Shown: positions 38,240-53,319, counted from the first letter of the stretch. The stretch is DNA of 64,000 nt from Camelus ferus (GCF_009834535.1 NC_045697.1:60576001-60640000), one strand, 5' to 3'. Notes: generated by a model not told the origin, from the sequence alone. Numbers and translations: made by a program.

Positions 38240-39075
38240 TTTTCTCTCTCATCTCTATGAGTTTAATCTGAACCATGTCAACAGATCTGACTTTAATTTT
38301 TACCTCTACGTGCAGGACTGCCAAATCTGTTTCTAGCCTGGATTTATCTGTTTCCCAGTCCCAAATTTTCAGTTTATCCTTCTAGATAGCTCCAGATACC
38401 CAATGACTCTACAAAGTATGAAATTTTTTTCATCTCAAACTTCCTTAGTTTCATATTTTCCTATTTCAGTATCTGCCCAGTCACCTAAACTCAGAACCTC
38501 AGTGTCTTCCTTGTGTGACACTATGTGTTACTAATTATTTTTTATCTTGCCTCAACAATATTTTCACACATTCCCTCATATTATTCCCTATCTCCTAGTT
38601 CACACTACATTACCTTTCATGCAATGACTTCATTATCATCTGATCAAAATTTACCAATGCTTCTTCAGCATTTGAAGAATAAATACTATTTCCTTGGTTA
38701 TAATTCAAAATTCTCCAAGGCCTTGCCTCAAATTATATCCCATCTCATTTAGTGGTCACTTGCTAGCACCCTATTTCCCTGTCAAACACTGTAAAGACTT
38801 GTGCCTGCCTGAGTCACTTGGACCACATATTCATGTTGATGTTTCTGTTTGGTATTCTCTTTCACTCTTAGCTCCACCTAGACAACTTCATTACATCTTT
38901 TCAGACTCATTCAAAAGTCAACTATAATAAAGTTTTTCAAGTGCACCACCAAGAAATATTTTTATGCACATTTTAGTTCTCATAGTAACTTTGTGTAACT
39001 AATTGCTACCTTTTTCACCCAGTATAAAACAATAATCTCTGCAGGTGAGGATTTATATTGAATTTTCCATGTATT
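38240..39075 (+). mobile_element. LINE-2 remnant
   Basis: ttacctctacgtgcaggactgccaaatctgtttctagcctgga...tgcccagtcacctaaactcagaacctcagtgtcttccttg...ccaatgcttcttcagcatttgaagaataaa. Confidence 0.65.
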
Positions 39076-39679
39076 ATTAATTTGTATAGAAAGAAATTGC
39101 TACATATCTGATACTGTTCTCGGTATTAAGAATACAGAGATGAATAAGGCAAGAACCCTGATATCATAAAGCTTTCATTCCTTTAAGGGGAGAAACTCAT
39201 ATTAAATAAAAATGTGAATAAAAATAAGACAATTTAGGAAAGTGAGCAGCATTCTGAAGAAAATAATGCAGATTAATAGAGAGTATGTGTAGGCATTAGT
39301 TATGGGAAAAGTTGGCTTAACATGCTTAATATGATAGAAGGAAAGAAGAAGGGAAGAAACAAGAAAGGATGCATAAATTGTACTTGTATCGAACAATGTG
39401 CAGGACAGTTTATTTATTCAAAAATATATAGTGAGCAGATACAATGTGTCTGAACTACTAAATCATTGGATGAATAAGACATGGGGCAAACTCAAGTAGC
39501 TCTCATTATGAGGAGACAGGTATGTAAGATTGTCTAATGTTATATGATGATTTCGATACTAGCATAACATGAGTATGAATGAAGTTCTACTGGGAATATG
39601 AAGCAAGTAGTAATTAGTGCAGCTTTGAAAAGTCTGATGAACAAAATGTTTTCATGCTAGACCTTAAAGAATTTAATGC

Positions 39680-40202
39680 TCAACACTCTTCCCTCCTTTC
39701 CAGTTAAAGGGCATGCTTTCCCTCCAACAACTTGATGCTTATGGAAACTTCAGTGCTTTTTGCATTTTTTCAAACTTAAGTCTCATTGGATGGCCTACAG
39801 ATTGACACGTATCCCATATTCTTAGGTCACAATGGGTTAGTTCCAGGCTGGACACTTAACCAAATTTGAACCTCTTTCCATAGAAACCCTAAATTTGGGG
39901 TTAAAGATAACAATATTGAGTTTCCTTCAATTACAAGGCTGACAGGAATTCATCAAAAGCTGAGAGGTTTATTTATAAATGCAGGGAGGATGTCATTCTG
40001 AAAAAGATTAAAGGGACATGCAGGGAGAAACAGATATTCAGCCAGAGAGATAGAAAATCAGTTTTTCCAAGATTCTGTTCATCGCTAAAATCTATTTTAA
40101 TTCCTGAACTTTCAATGATTTGAATTTTTGGAATTTACCCTTTTCTTTGCTGGTTCTAATTTGCATTTTATTGCTTAAAGCCAAAACACTTCCAAATTAA
40201 TA
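39680..40202 (+). mobile_element. Old MaLR LTR (MLT1K/L-like)
   Basis: taggtcacaatgggttagttccaggctggacacttaaccaaa and the 3' end cccttttctttgctggttctaatttgcatttt...gcttaaagccaaaacacttccaaattaata resemble old MLT1 termini. Confidence 0.5.
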
Positions 40203-42657
40203 AAAAGATGAAAGAGCACTGCAGGTAGAGAAGGTAAAATGAATGAAGACCTTACATGAGTTTTATTTGTTCAGGAAGTATAATCACAATACACTCAGAC
40301 TCGAGATTGTACGATTAGTCAGGACAAGGAAAGCAATGAGGATTAAAAATATGAGATGTCTTGAGTCTATGTTTTAGTGATCATGGTAGGAAAACTTACA
40401 TAAATTAGCAGCACTAAATTATATATAGTTGCTGTTTAGCTTTCACTATGTGATTTGCCTTGTTATTCTTTCAAAATTTTGCTTCATCAAAACCCTTCCT
40501 GCTTTTCTTTTTATTCCTCTCACACACATTTGCCAGAAATTACCAGTCCCAAAGGAAAAGTCGTAACATTCAATTGATTTCTGGAGAAAGGAAAGGAGGA
40601 ATACTGAATTCCAACAAGAAAAGTAAAACTATACTCTACATGACAATTTCCAGACATTGACTGAGAAGACAATACAGCAGGAAGAGTAACCAATTATATA
40701 GAGATCAGTCTTGTAGGAAGGTAGATGCGGTGGGTTGGAGTGAAGAAACATGCTTTATTTACATTAGCATCAATATGAAGTGCTAATATTAATTTTTAAA
40801 CTGATTTTAACTTGTAGAAATTAAAAATTAAGGATTAGTCTTATGGGTGATGAGAGTAAAAGACAACACATTATTTTTTGTTTGTTTTTTTGTTTTTCAC
40901 CAGTACACAAAGGAGACTCATGAATCATCCACAATAAGTAGTATAAAAAAATTTTCAGTTTAATTCAAATTCAAATTGAGCACAACACCAACATGTCACT
41001 ATCCCCTCAATTTCATTCCATTGGTATCTGACTGATGGAAAACTGTTACTTGTCTAGTTTGTCTTAAACAGTGGATGTCAAATAGAATTATCAAAAAAAA
41101 AAAAAAAGAGTACTGAACATGAATTGTTCAAAAAATCTGTTACTAAGACATGTTTTCATAGTTTCCACAATTAATATGAAAAAATCTACTAATTATGAAA
41201 ATCTCAAACATGAAGAAATAAAGTTTGCAGTCAGTATTTAGCAATTAGTAATTAATAACTAAGGAGAAGTGAGAAATACTTATGGAAATAAAGGAGTTTA
41301 GACACAGAGAGGAAGTGTTTTCAGGAATGGAAAGATGGAACAAAAGGTATTTGGAATCTAATATAAACATCATTCATCTCAGCAATACCAAAAAATAATC
41401 AGAACACAGTGCTACCAAGTATGCATCTCAACAAGGCAGGTATGTTTCAGAGGTACAGACTGTCAAACAGTTATCTAACTTGCTTACTGTCAGTTGTGTT
41501 GCTTCCACAGCCCGTTTTCCCACAATACACTGTACTAGAGGACTGTAATGATTGGGAGAAATTATTTTCCCTGTTAATGCTTGAATTTTTTAAATATGAA
41601 GCAAAGGCATGTCATTATGACATAAATCAGTGCAAATAATTATAAGATAGAAATAGCATATAGGCTCAAATTCACAGAATTACTGAACTTAGACCCTTTC
41701 CTTTAATAAAGAAACTGTTTAAAAGGATTTAATTTTACCTGCATAAAAATTACAGAGTCAATCCTAGACTACTTTATGAGAACACTGTGAAATATATCCC
41801 AAAATAAAAGATATATCTATATCTTCATCCAAGTTGTCTTCATTTTAAATATTAAAGCTCAGATAATCTAGCACATTTTCTTGAAAATGACATAAAATGA
41901 AAATTACCTGGTTTCTATGGAACTTGATCATCTTTCAAGTGGTCCAAATGACTATGCCTTGCCCCAAATGCATTCATGCATATATTCATTACCCATTCAG
42001 CCAATAAACATTCTAAAATAAAACTGGAATAAAGAAAAAAGAAGTTAAAATACAATGTCTTACTTAAATAACAACAAAAAAGGAATAAATGAAGTTGTAT
42101 GAGTTTTCTAACATTAAAACATTTTTAAACAGCATTTAAGTAAAATGTTCTTTTTGGCAGTTTTTATTACTTTTGTTGGCCCATTTCTTTTTCTTATAGC
42201 AGCACTGAGAAAGTCCAGTGAAAGCTGTTTATGGTTTATGCACACATGTGTAACAGAAGGGCAATAAATTTGGCAGCCAAAATGCAAAAAAGGAAAATAA
42301 AAGAGGAAACCAAATGTATGAAAGGAATCAAGAGGCCGATTGTCCTATGAGTTTGAGGAGCAGTTTCAGTGGAATAAAGGCGGAAATGACTGGAAAGAAC
42401 TTAAGTTGAAGTCAGACAGTGGAATGGCTGAATTTATTCCTATGAAACAGTGTAGTTCTGGGTGTCGGCAATGTCTATGATGTTATGAGGATGAGTGACA
42501 GATGTACATTAGTAGTGAAGGTCACTGTATACTTACAAAGGTGTAATGCTAAGGAAAAAAGTGACTATAGAGAAATACGATAAATCTAATTTATTTTCAT
42601 TTTAAAACTCCAACATATATTTCAGTATTGACAAAAATTAAATCTCCAGATCCTGTA

Positions 42658-42900
42658 AATAATGAACTTCTACTATACACCAGGCATCGACCTGAGTGCT
42701 TTAATACCACTTCATTTAATCCTCATAATTAGCACATGAAGCTACATATCACTACTACCCTCAGCGTGCAGGTGAGAAAACTGTGGATCCGAATCTGTGA
42801 GTAGCTTCCTCAAAGCTGCACAGGATGTTAAGTGATGACATAGGGTTCAAAGCCAGACAACTGGACTCCAGGGACTATAGTCTAAGCATAGACAACTGCA
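42658..42900 (-). mobile_element. Near full-length MIR SINE
   Basis: ctactatacaccaggcatc...tcatttaatcctcataa...gcaggtgagaaaactgtgga...aagtgatgacatagggttcaaagccagacaactggactccag. Confidence 0.8.
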
Positions 42901-45900
42901 TTATCCTATTATCCAAAAAGGAAATGGGGAAAGGAAATCTTATTGAGTACAACCAGCAGAAATCATAATAATCTCTAAGTAGAAAACAAATATTTTCCTG
43001 CAGTTTGTTAACTTCTACCGTTAAAGGTCCATTAGCAAATCTAATGAGATCTAGGAACATTGTCTAAAGAAAATGCACATACATACATATTTTTAAAAAA
43101 TGGTTCGTATGGTCTCTTTGAAAAACTAAAAAAAAAAAATATGAAGCATTTATTAAAATGAAAGACACAAAGAAAAAGTACACAATATGAAACATTTAGG
43201 TAAAATATTTAATATTTTGTGCAACATGGGAGATTTGTCTATGAAATTGGTTACATTTTTTGTAGTCACTTTGGGCTTTAAGGATTTTAAACTATAGTTG
43301 TGATCAGAATTAATGAGCCCCAGTTGACACAGTCATCCATAGCATTATGATATTCTTTTACGTGAGACATGAAAATTCTAAACATCCTGTACTTTAGTAA
43401 GGTTCTGTCTGGCAAGGGATTACCATGAGACACCTTTAAGAGTTGTTTGAAAATTTCTTTGCAAAGGTCAGTTCCCTACGGGATTGATACTGGTAATTGG
43501 TTCAAAAGCAAACCATCTCTTCAAAATGTGCTGCTTTCTGTCTGATTAGAGCTTAGAGGCCAAAACAAAAGAGTGTTTTACATGATCTTTGTTTCTAAGG
43601 CAGACTTTTTCAGAGTCGGTTTCAAGGGCATATGAATCCATATTCCTCAGCATATTGTTCCGAAAATTCTGTGGTGAGGCAGGGTTCTTACCTTGTGAGA
43701 ATTATAGATAGCTTTTTAAGTCAAAATTGGCATTTTTAGAGCTTATCATTTGCTTCCCTCTGCAGCTGCCATATTGCTGTGAACATTACTGTGTCTGCCA
43801 TCACTTGTGACATACTCTATAGGAGGCTCATCAGGAAATTTTGGTCTCAGACTCTATCCTAATGCAGATTTAACAATCAGAAGAATGCTACACTTTAATA
43901 AAACATAAAAAACATTCTTGGCAGCATGAGGACTGAGAGCAAGACAGTGGTAAACTCTGAGCTGTCTGTGGCATTCTGAGAGGATCAAGATGAGAACACG
44001 CCACTGATTTTGCAGCTCCAGACATGGTTAAACTGTCATGTAACTGACTTGTGACAATATATAATGACCAAAATTGTAAACATATTTAAAATAAGTCATA
44101 GATAAAAATTGTAAGAAAAGAGTTCAAGTCTACTGCCATTCTTTCCAGAAGAATCACAGAAAGGGAAATAAGGACAATATGTTTTTCCTTCTTCTTTTGT
44201 ATTCTATAAATTGTATGATTTTTCATGCCAATTAGTATCTTCCTGTCTTATCTTCAAACTATTCCTGGGAAAACCACAAGAAGAAGAACAGAAAATGAGT
44301 CAAAGAAGATTTAAACAGAGAATGAAGACATGGAGCCCTTGAGAAGGACTGAATCAGAATATAAATCGATCATCTACTTGTGCACAATAAAACGCTGTGT
44401 TATTATCTGTGTAGTACAGTGTGGGGTCCCCTAAGAATGTGAAAAATACAGGAACTCAGGTAGATTTTAAGACTTACCCTGGTCAAATTTATTTATTCAT
44501 TCAGTTATAAGCAGGTAGTGGGAATAAAACAATTTAGACAAAGTGTCTCCCTGAGACATTTATAAATAAATACCTAGCATATCAACTAGGCTATATGGAA
44601 CTATTATCTGGAATTATAATTTAAAGTAATTATTGTACCTCAGAGTGATGGTAATTAATTACAGAAAATCTGATCATTGATACTGACCCTGTTTAGGGAA
44701 ATACTATGCTAGGAGTTGGTTAAATGGTCTCGTAGAAAAGGATAATCCAACCACCCAGAGATTTCCTTGTGCTCATTCCTGTATTTTCAAAAGACAAGTC
44801 ACCTGGACTGAAATATGAATGCTTGGGTCTTTATGTGGGTTATGGTATTACTATTGCAGATATTGGCTTAGCCCACTAACTTTTGCAGCTCTGTTTCTGC
44901 TTTCAACTTCTGATTATAATATGTCTGACCATGAAGCTTTCCACTGGGTAAAGAATGTGCTGCTTTCATTGTTCAAACATTTTAGTCTCTTGGATAGTTG
45001 ATTTTCTGACTGCAAATTACTGGACTATAGTTCTGCCTGGATTATAATACCATTCTATGTGAAACTGGGTAATATAATTTCTCCCCCTGAGAATCATGTA
45101 TAATTTCATTTTTGGGGGGAAAAAAAGACAGAAAAAATTATGTTTTTGTGCTTAGAAGCTTCAAGTCAAATGTCTGGAATACAGTTAATTTAATAAGGTA
45201 TCCTCCATGTTGGGAGGTGCATTGCCAGTCAATTAAGTCTGTTCATCAGCCATGTATTCATCATGACACTAGCTTTTGTGAACTTAACTAAGTCAGTTTG
45301 GCCATTTACAATATTGGGCTCTTTTGGTAGATATTCATAGGCATTAGAAATTAGAGATGAGGGTTCTAATTCGACTCTCCCACAATCTTGCTACCAGATG
45401 AGAGCAAGTCTCTGAATGTATTCTGTACCAGCAAGCAGGCGAAAATTAAGTAACACATCTTATTCCTGTGAGCTCAGCAAAGTTGCAGACACTCCTAAGC
45501 ACTTTGTATGATTGATTCAAGACACATGCAATGATATTTTAGCAGCAGGAGCCAGCTAACCTTTAGTTGGAATGTCATTACAGAATTCACCATTATGTTG
45601 CAAAAACAACAAGAAAAAAAAAGAATCAGATGAACGTCCTATGTGCAGAGCACCAATGCAAAGGGTAGCAATTGTTATATTTTTGTTTATACAACGGCAA
45701 ACGTTCTTGAAGAATATTTAGAGCCAATTCACATATCTAGAACAGAAAAATCAAAGTATTTCTAATGCTGATATAATTAGTCTCTTGCCATCAAGCCAGG
45801 AATCATGAGAATTACTGATAATCATTTTGCATGAGATAATGTTAAGTTTTAACTTTTGCCTAAATCACCATCTCTGTAGCCTTTTTGTATGCAGTGTCTA

Positions 45901-47538
45901 CTAAGAAGTTGCAATACAATAAAATTATGGTTGAGATCCAGGGAGGTGTGGGGAACAATCTGAAAAGACCACTCAGTGTGTTAGCACTCTGTACAAATTC
46001 ACATGTGTCTTCTGAGGACACAAGAGGGAAGTGATTGTAATGTTGCTAGCTGGTATCTGTTGCATCTGTGTTTTGTTTCACATCAGTGGACTGGCGAAGT
46101 GAGAAAGGCACATTTGACAAGGCAGTCACGGTAAAAGTGAAAATTGGTAAAAAAAATTTCAAGCAGCTAGCAGATCACTGATGGATGAGTCCAAAATGCA
46201 AATAGTATAGGAGATAGTGGCAGTGTTAAGGTCAGTTGTGTCTGGCTGGATAGGAATACAATGATCTAAAGCAAGCATGAAGTTGTTGATACTACTGCTA
46301 ACTCCACAGAGCTAGTTTCATCACTGTCAGCCCCTAGGCAGAAAATTGTGAACTGATTTGGACCTTTGCTATCCTTATTTAGCATGTCAGAGAAGAACAC
46401 AGTAAACTGCTGATAAATCAATTACCACCCTCTAGCATAGGTAGATGTGTGGATACAGTAAAGCTTTTTCCTGCTTTCAGGGATAAACTCTGTGTTAGTG
46501 TGCCTGCAGCCAAACCTAGGTGACTATAAGTGGGTTCCTTGATAAGCGTTCCCCTTCTCCTGCTCTTGCCCCAGCCTGGTGAAGAAAGGTCTCACCAAAG
46601 GTCCATGCCATAGTATCTTCCGTTTCACTGATAGTTACTTCAACAACACCTTTACAGCTTTCCATTCTTTTTGTTTCATTTTTCACTTCACTAGGAGAAA
46701 ATACATAGTTTATCGAAGTAAGGATTGGTGGGAGAGAGGGCACATTTTCTTCCTCTGCAAATCACTCTCCCAAACTTGTGGAAAGTTCTCCAACCATTAT
46801 TAATAAACTAGGATCTTCAAACTTAGGCACTTGGACCTTGGATACTGTTCAGCAGGGACTTCAGCTTCCCTCTCTTTGGGTCTTTTTGGCTGTCACTGGT
46901 GATTCTTCCTCTCTAACTTTACTCCCTACCCATTCAGCTTCTTTATTTTGGGCTGTTGCTACTGCCCCAACTCCTAGCCTCTTAGTGTGCTAACACAAAA
47001 CAAGAGCAAAAAGGGAACAGGAAGTCATCCCCTTAGCCCCGGCCTCCACTCCTCTTCCATCCTCTCTCTTCCTCATGCTCACCAACTTGCTAACAATGAG
47101 TAAGTGTGACTAAGTAAAAGCATGGATTCTGAATCAGAATTGCTCAAATAACAAGTAACCACTTTTGGAATGTGCGTTTCTGCGTCCATTAAGTAAGCTC
47201 TCTGAAAAGTGTAGATTAAAAGTCAGCATATACACATTTATGTTGAACTCTGTATACTGAAGCATTTCGAAGTAAACTAAGGCAATATAACACTGTCATT
47301 ACACATGTCATTTTCAATTTTAAATACATAATATAATACATTAATATGGTATGATAGTTTCTTTAAAAAATCTCAAATGGCATTATAAGTCAGTTCAGAT
47401 ATTTTAGAATAGGAATTTTTTTTTTAGAACAGGAATTGATAGTGTAAATTCCTAGGACTTCCTCTTCTAATTTTATGATTGCCCAAATATATAAGACAGC
47501 ATGCCAATAAGAATGATACCAAAATAGATTATACTTGA

Positions 47539-47562
47539 ATATATATATATATATATATATAT
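47539..47562 (+). repeat. (AT)12 microsatellite
   Basis: Perfect dinucleotide run. Confidence 0.9.
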
Positions 47563-48404
47563 ACATTTCATTACTTATATAATTCTGATTGACTGTTAAT
47601 CTAGAAAGATAAATTGATCAACTTTTAGTATACACATAGTATATAATCCAAAATATTCTCCACTTGTCCCACACTTAATTCATTTAAAACTCATAATAAG
47701 TCTTGTAAGTCTGTACTAAACATTTCAGCAAACTGACACTTATTAAAGATGTGTTTTTTAAGACATTGTGCTATTCTAACAAGGTGAAAAACAAAAAGAG
47801 ACCAAGAAGCTTATCTAAGCCAAATCATTAACAGTTATGACTGAATCAAATTCAACTCTTGGTAACTTATTCCAGAGTCTAAACATGGGATCCTTACTGT
47901 CATGCCCTCTCTATTTTGAAAAATGAAGTATAACTATTAGAAAAGTCATATGCCTAAGGCAAAATCGCTTTTTTAGTGGAGGAGATAGTATGTAAAAACT
48001 TGTTGTCTGACTCCATATTTAGTGGTTTCCCACCTATGTTTGAAATACTTTTCAGAACACTCTAAGGCAAACTAATAAAATATTTATGCTCGTTTATAAG
48101 CTTGAAAGTATACTCAGTATTTTTGCTATGATTAACAAACATCTTTTGTCAGCGTACTACGTGACATACAGTGCAAAGATACCTCGTCAATTCTGCACAT
48201 GACTTTAGAGGGTATTAATCAATGGGCTTATTCAGTAAATAAAATAATCTCATACAAGTTAGCAAAAAAAAAAAAAATGAAAACAAATTCCTCTATAGGC
48301 TCTTATAAATTATGTGGAGCTATAACTAAAGACAGTTATTAATCAAAACTTTCAATAATTGTAGAACAGAGAAAATAGTAAAAGCAAGTAATTAACCTTC
48401 TATC

Positions 48405-48889
48405 TGTTAGTACATAATTTTCCATGGATCTCTTTCTTTCTGTATCTCTTGCCAGCAAAAGCACTGATGGCCTTAGTTTGGGCTTTCTTCTAGGGTTGTG
48501 TGCATAGTCTCACCCTGGAGTAGATGGCAAGTTTATTGACTATATACTAAAGATGATGTCCCCTCTGGAACAAAGATTGGATAGTTTTTTTCTTCAAGTC
48601 CATTATAAAATATTTGGGTTTCCTAAATTCAGGGTTCCTTAGCTATGATATAAACCTACTATATGCACAGCATACACCTGGGCCTCTTCATATCACCCCA
48701 TTAGACTTGGACGTCAAGGGGAACCAATGCAAGCACAAAGCTCAGAATGCTCAATGCACCATCAGTAATCAACTCTTTTTCCTTTGATCCTGGAGTCTTT
48801 GACCTCTGCCAGCATTCATGAAACTGCAGAAAGCTAATGTGTGGGCTTGCAAGTAGCATACAATTACAATGTCATCATAGTTACTGACA
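48405..48889 (+). mobile_element. ERVL solo LTR, LTR40-like, full length
   Basis: TG...CA termini; ccattataaaatatttgggtttcctaaattcagggttcct; ctgccagcattcatgaaactg. 5-bp flanks ctatc/ctgtc (TSD, one mismatch). Homologous to 13266-13638. Confidence 0.88.
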
Positions 48890-49607
48890 CTGTCATGACT
48901 AAATCTCTATTCTTTTCTTTAATATAAAGCAGAGATCTATTATGTCAACTGCAAAAAAGGTATTAATCTCCCAAAGAAGAGAACAGAATGTAAAATTATT
49001 GAAGCATTTAATGCATCCTTTCTAAAAACTTTTTAGATTTTTTTAACTAAGATTATCTTAAGCTGATAGCTCATAAGCCAAAAATTAAACTTTGACTTGT
49101 TTTTGACTATTTAAACTTTAGAAGATAAAAAGTAATCATCCCACTTCTATTGGGTACCTTCAGAGGTAGAACCCTGGGTCATAAAACAGGCTTACGTTTA
49201 GCTATAATAGATATTGCCAACCATTTTTCCTGGATGGTTTCATGAAATTATAATCCTTATAGCAGTGTATGAGAATTTATTTATGATACCTTAAAACTGA
49301 AAACAATTCAAACATGTTTTGAATTGGAGGAAAGCAAAGGGAGTCCGTATTTCCATTACAAATGAATCAAACATCCCCCAGAGTATAAGAAACATTACAA
49401 ATCTTAACGTGCAATCAGAAATCATGTCTTCATATGTAACTTCAAACATTTACATTGTCACAGAATAGGCACAAAAGCAAAGAATGACACATTCGAGCAA
49501 TATTATATGACTTTTGGGAAAATAAGCATTTATTTAAAAAATAAAATGTTATAGAGCTTAATTCTTCATGAATACAACCACTGTTCAATGCATGTGCTGT
49601 TAAAATA

Positions 49608-50074
49608 ATTGGTTGCTAGTCTCCAAAGATGGCCCCAGAAATTCATACTCCTTTTAGAGTCTGCAAATGGATTTGATTAATAGGATGAAGTAAAAGTGAT
49701 GTTCTGGAACCCCAAAGCCCAGGCCATAAGAAGACTGGCAGTTTCTGCCTCTTGTCTCTGCAAATCCAGCTTCCATGCTCTGAGAAGCCCAAGCCAAATG
49801 TAGAGGCCAAGTGGGTATAACCAAAGCAGTGTATTCAACAGCTCTAGGTGAGCTCCCAGCCAACAACCATATGAGTCATATGAGTGGGCCATTTTGGATG
49901 GTCCAGTCCAGTTGAGCTCCCATAAGAGTAAAGCTCAGATGACATCACTTATATCATAGGAACCACTGGGCCAAATCCAGTTATCCTGCAAAATCATAGA
50001 GGACAGAAACTGGCTCTTGTTTTAAGTAATTAAGTTCTGAGGTGGTTTGTTATTCAGCAACAGATAACCAAAAT
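49608..50074 (+). mobile_element. MaLR solo LTR, MLT1G/H-like
   Basis: ccaaagatggcccca...aagtgatgttctggaac...ccataagaagactggcagtttc...gagctcccagccaaca...tgttttaagtaattaagttctgaggtggtttgttattcagcaacagataacc. Confidence 0.85.
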
Positions 50075-50938
50075 AATGATTGTATATGTGTTTCTCAAAA
50101 TAAACAAATAAAGGAATTAACACCATTTTTCTGTTGTACACACACATATCAATTTTGGATTAACATTATTTAATGTCCATTTGGATCTCTTGCTGGTAAC
50201 GTAATTAAGTAACACTGACAAAAGCCCATGTGAAGGCAGTATGATCACTCCCAGTATGGCAAAATTGATTTTCAGGCCAGTATCTCCCCTTTCAATTGTC
50301 ATGTAATACCACACTATATGCATGTCCTGAAACTGATCTCTGTGCACTCAGATGTTTCTTAGTTTTTAAATAAAATCAGAACTGAAAATATACGTCAGAT
50401 CTGCTGGTAATTAAGCTGCAGAAGGCAGTAGTGGTATTACATTTTGAGACATTAATGCATACTTCCTTCATCAGTATTCTATGTTTCTTTAATTCTTTCT
50501 ATCATCGGGCAGTTTGAGCCACAGTATTCATTTCCCCTGGGGAGACAAAAGAGTCAAATTCTTCATCTTTCATATTCAAACCCCAAGTTGTACCCATCAG
50601 GTAAATCACTGAGAATGGTATTTGATATATAAGAAGAGAAGAGGAGATTAAAAAAAAAAAAAAAAGGAAAGGGAAAGGAAGGGAGGAAAAAGAGGGAGTT
50701 GAAAAGAAAAGTTAGGTCCTGTATGTCTACTGGGCATGATGATCTAATTTCTGTGAACCTCAGGCCCTACCAAGTCAAATACAGTCTTTGGGGTAAAGGA
50801 TAGATCTGAGGGGGTCAAGGATGAGAGAAGATTTATACTCCCAGTTCCCAAAGAAGAATCCAGGTTGTTAACAAGGATCTAGAGTTCTGTCACTGAAGTG
50901 GTGGGGAGCAGTACAGAAAGAATGTGTCCTCAAGAGTG

Positions 50939-51127
50939 CAGTGGTTCTCAACTGGGTGTGACTTCCAATGGCTGGAGACTTTCTAATTGTAAAGATCTGT
51001 GTGTAGGGGGAGTGGGTGGAGTCCAGTGGATCCAGGCCAGGGATAATGCTAATCTTCCTATTGTGCACAGGACCACAAGGAGCTATCTAGCCCAGAGAGC
51101 CCAGGGTGCCAAAGTTGAGAAATCTTG
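50939..51127 (+). mobile_element. MER20-like non-autonomous hAT-Charlie DNA transposon
   Basis: Terminal inverted repeats cagtggttctcaa / ttgagaaatcttg, with internal aggccagggataatgctaa...tgcacaggac...tatctagcccag...gtgccaaagttgagaaa. Confidence 0.85.
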
Positions 51128-53319
51128 TCATAGAGCTCATTCCTATCCCACTGTGATGTGAACAGCGTTAGATGTACACCACTGCTGGCAAGATGAATAT
51201 GAAGTTAATGAGGAGCTTTACACAACTTCACTCTTTCCTTCAGCTCCCAAGTACACTGGGAGAAATACAGTTTTCCTTTGTATCTAAGAAGGTGAGAAAA
51301 CACTGAGAAAAAGAGAAAACACTGGAAAGACGTGTTTTTGAGCAGGCGTCCCACTGTATTCCCAACAGCACCTGAGAGTAGAGTGAAGTGCTGCTCAACA
51401 TTTGACAGCATACAGTTTCCAACAGCAGGATTCTCGGGCTCCCCTCCCCCACTGACTGCTGCAGGATGTAATGCCCTCATTTTTAACTGTGGCCTAAAAG
51501 AAAAGGAAAGTGCCGAGAGAAATTCTTACCTGAACTCAAGTTCTCATGACCAATAAAACAAGGGCTAGATTGTGAGATTAAGTTCAAGATTAGAAAAACT
51601 AAATTAAATTTCTGTCACCTCTGAATTTGTAGAATGAGTATCGAATCCACTCCTAAACTATCATCTCTGGAGTTAAAATGGAAGTTATCAGCTGCACTGA
51701 GTCACTGATCTGTGCTGTATCTTTCACCTTGTTGAAAACAGATGGAGGGGTACTGATAGTTAAACATGAAGATAAAAAATCTTAAATCTCAGGTGTGATT
51801 GAGTATGAAAAACACTCTATATGTAAGTATATATAAAATATTAAAATAAAAATATAGTGTTAGTAATGTTAATTAATGTTATGTGATACTTGATTAAAAC
51901 TCTACATGATTTTTCTTTCTTTATTCCACAAACATTTTCTATATACCTGTCCTTTGCCACATTATTTATTTGCTACCACGCTATATGTGAAATAAGAAAT
52001 AAAGACTGTGAATGAAATTGCTTTCAACCAAATGGAACACATTTCTTGTCTGCTTATGTATTTCTAACAGAGGGGATTTGCAGAGATGTGAATTTCTCTA
52101 TTAAATGGAGGGCAGAGACTAGTTACAGTTTCCATGTGGAATAAGAAAGAAAATAAAGTCAGAAAAGGGTGGCAGACTTTTTGAAATAGGGAAGAACTAA
52201 AACCAGCAGTTTTAGAAAGAACCTGAGTGAGAGTTGGAAGGATAGGAGGCTGTGGTCTGAGATTTTCCTAGTTCAAATTGGTAGATAAAGCTCTTCTTAG
52301 TGACAGAGCTTATCTGTGTGTAGGGACTTCTGAAACAGAGTGAAGGGGAAATGTATCAGAGAAAAGAGACCAAGGAGAGTCAGTTGTTGAAGATGTCTGT
52401 GCATTCTACAAACTCACAGTTTACTGTGACTGCATTACATAAAGATCTACAATATAAATTTCTTTTAAAACTTTGTACCACAAAAATTTTTGGTTTTGTT
52501 TCAGTTGAATTGTTTTCCTTCTTCCAAAGAAGGAAATACATCATAAAACATGGTGTTCTTTTTCTCTCCTTTACTACTGTAATCCACAGAAAGGTGCTAG
52601 AAAGTAAATGAGCAAGAAAGAAGGGAAGGAAGAGGGAGACGGGGATGGGGAAGAGAAAGAGACCAGAGAGACAGAGAGATTAGAAATGGGCATCTCCCTT
52701 CAAAGGAGCTCAACGCCAGCTTACGTAATGGGTCACGCTACTCCTTCCCTCTGAATCTGAGCACAGCTGTGATTTTTTTCTCATGTCAGTACTCCAGAAA
52801 ATCATTACCAATTTACTGAAAGTGACAAGTGAGATAAAATGTATTTTCTCTTCTTATTATAGATGGCTTAATTTTCTTTCTTCTTAAGAAATGATCAAAC
52901 AAAAACTGATGCATAACTAATTATTAGCACATCAGTTCCTGTTTTCCTCTTTAGAAGTATCAACCTATATGAATTCTTTCACATATTGAAGACATTTATG
53001 TCAAACTGCACCAACAAAACGAGGTCCTATGCTTGAGATACAACAAATAATATGATTGTTCCGGTCATGGAGGAACTTAAACCTAGTATAAACAAGACTT
53101 GGTGAAAAAGAGAAAGAAGAAATATTAAAAAGGTGAAATTACTAGAGAAGGCAGAGGAGTAAGGAAAAAAATGGTTACACTTGAGCTGAGGTGGGTTTCC
53201 GCGAGTTAGACAATGCAACAATGACAGAGTGGCACGTACAGGGGCCAGGAGATGGAAGAGAGCAGGGAACAACTGAGGAACAGCAAGTGAAAAATACTGC
53301 AAGACCCAGGAGTTTTCTT

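Noticed and set aside
45920..46520. Possible ancient DNA-transposon remnant
   Set aside because: No terminal inverted repeats or transposase motifs that I could identify. Needs a Dfam search.
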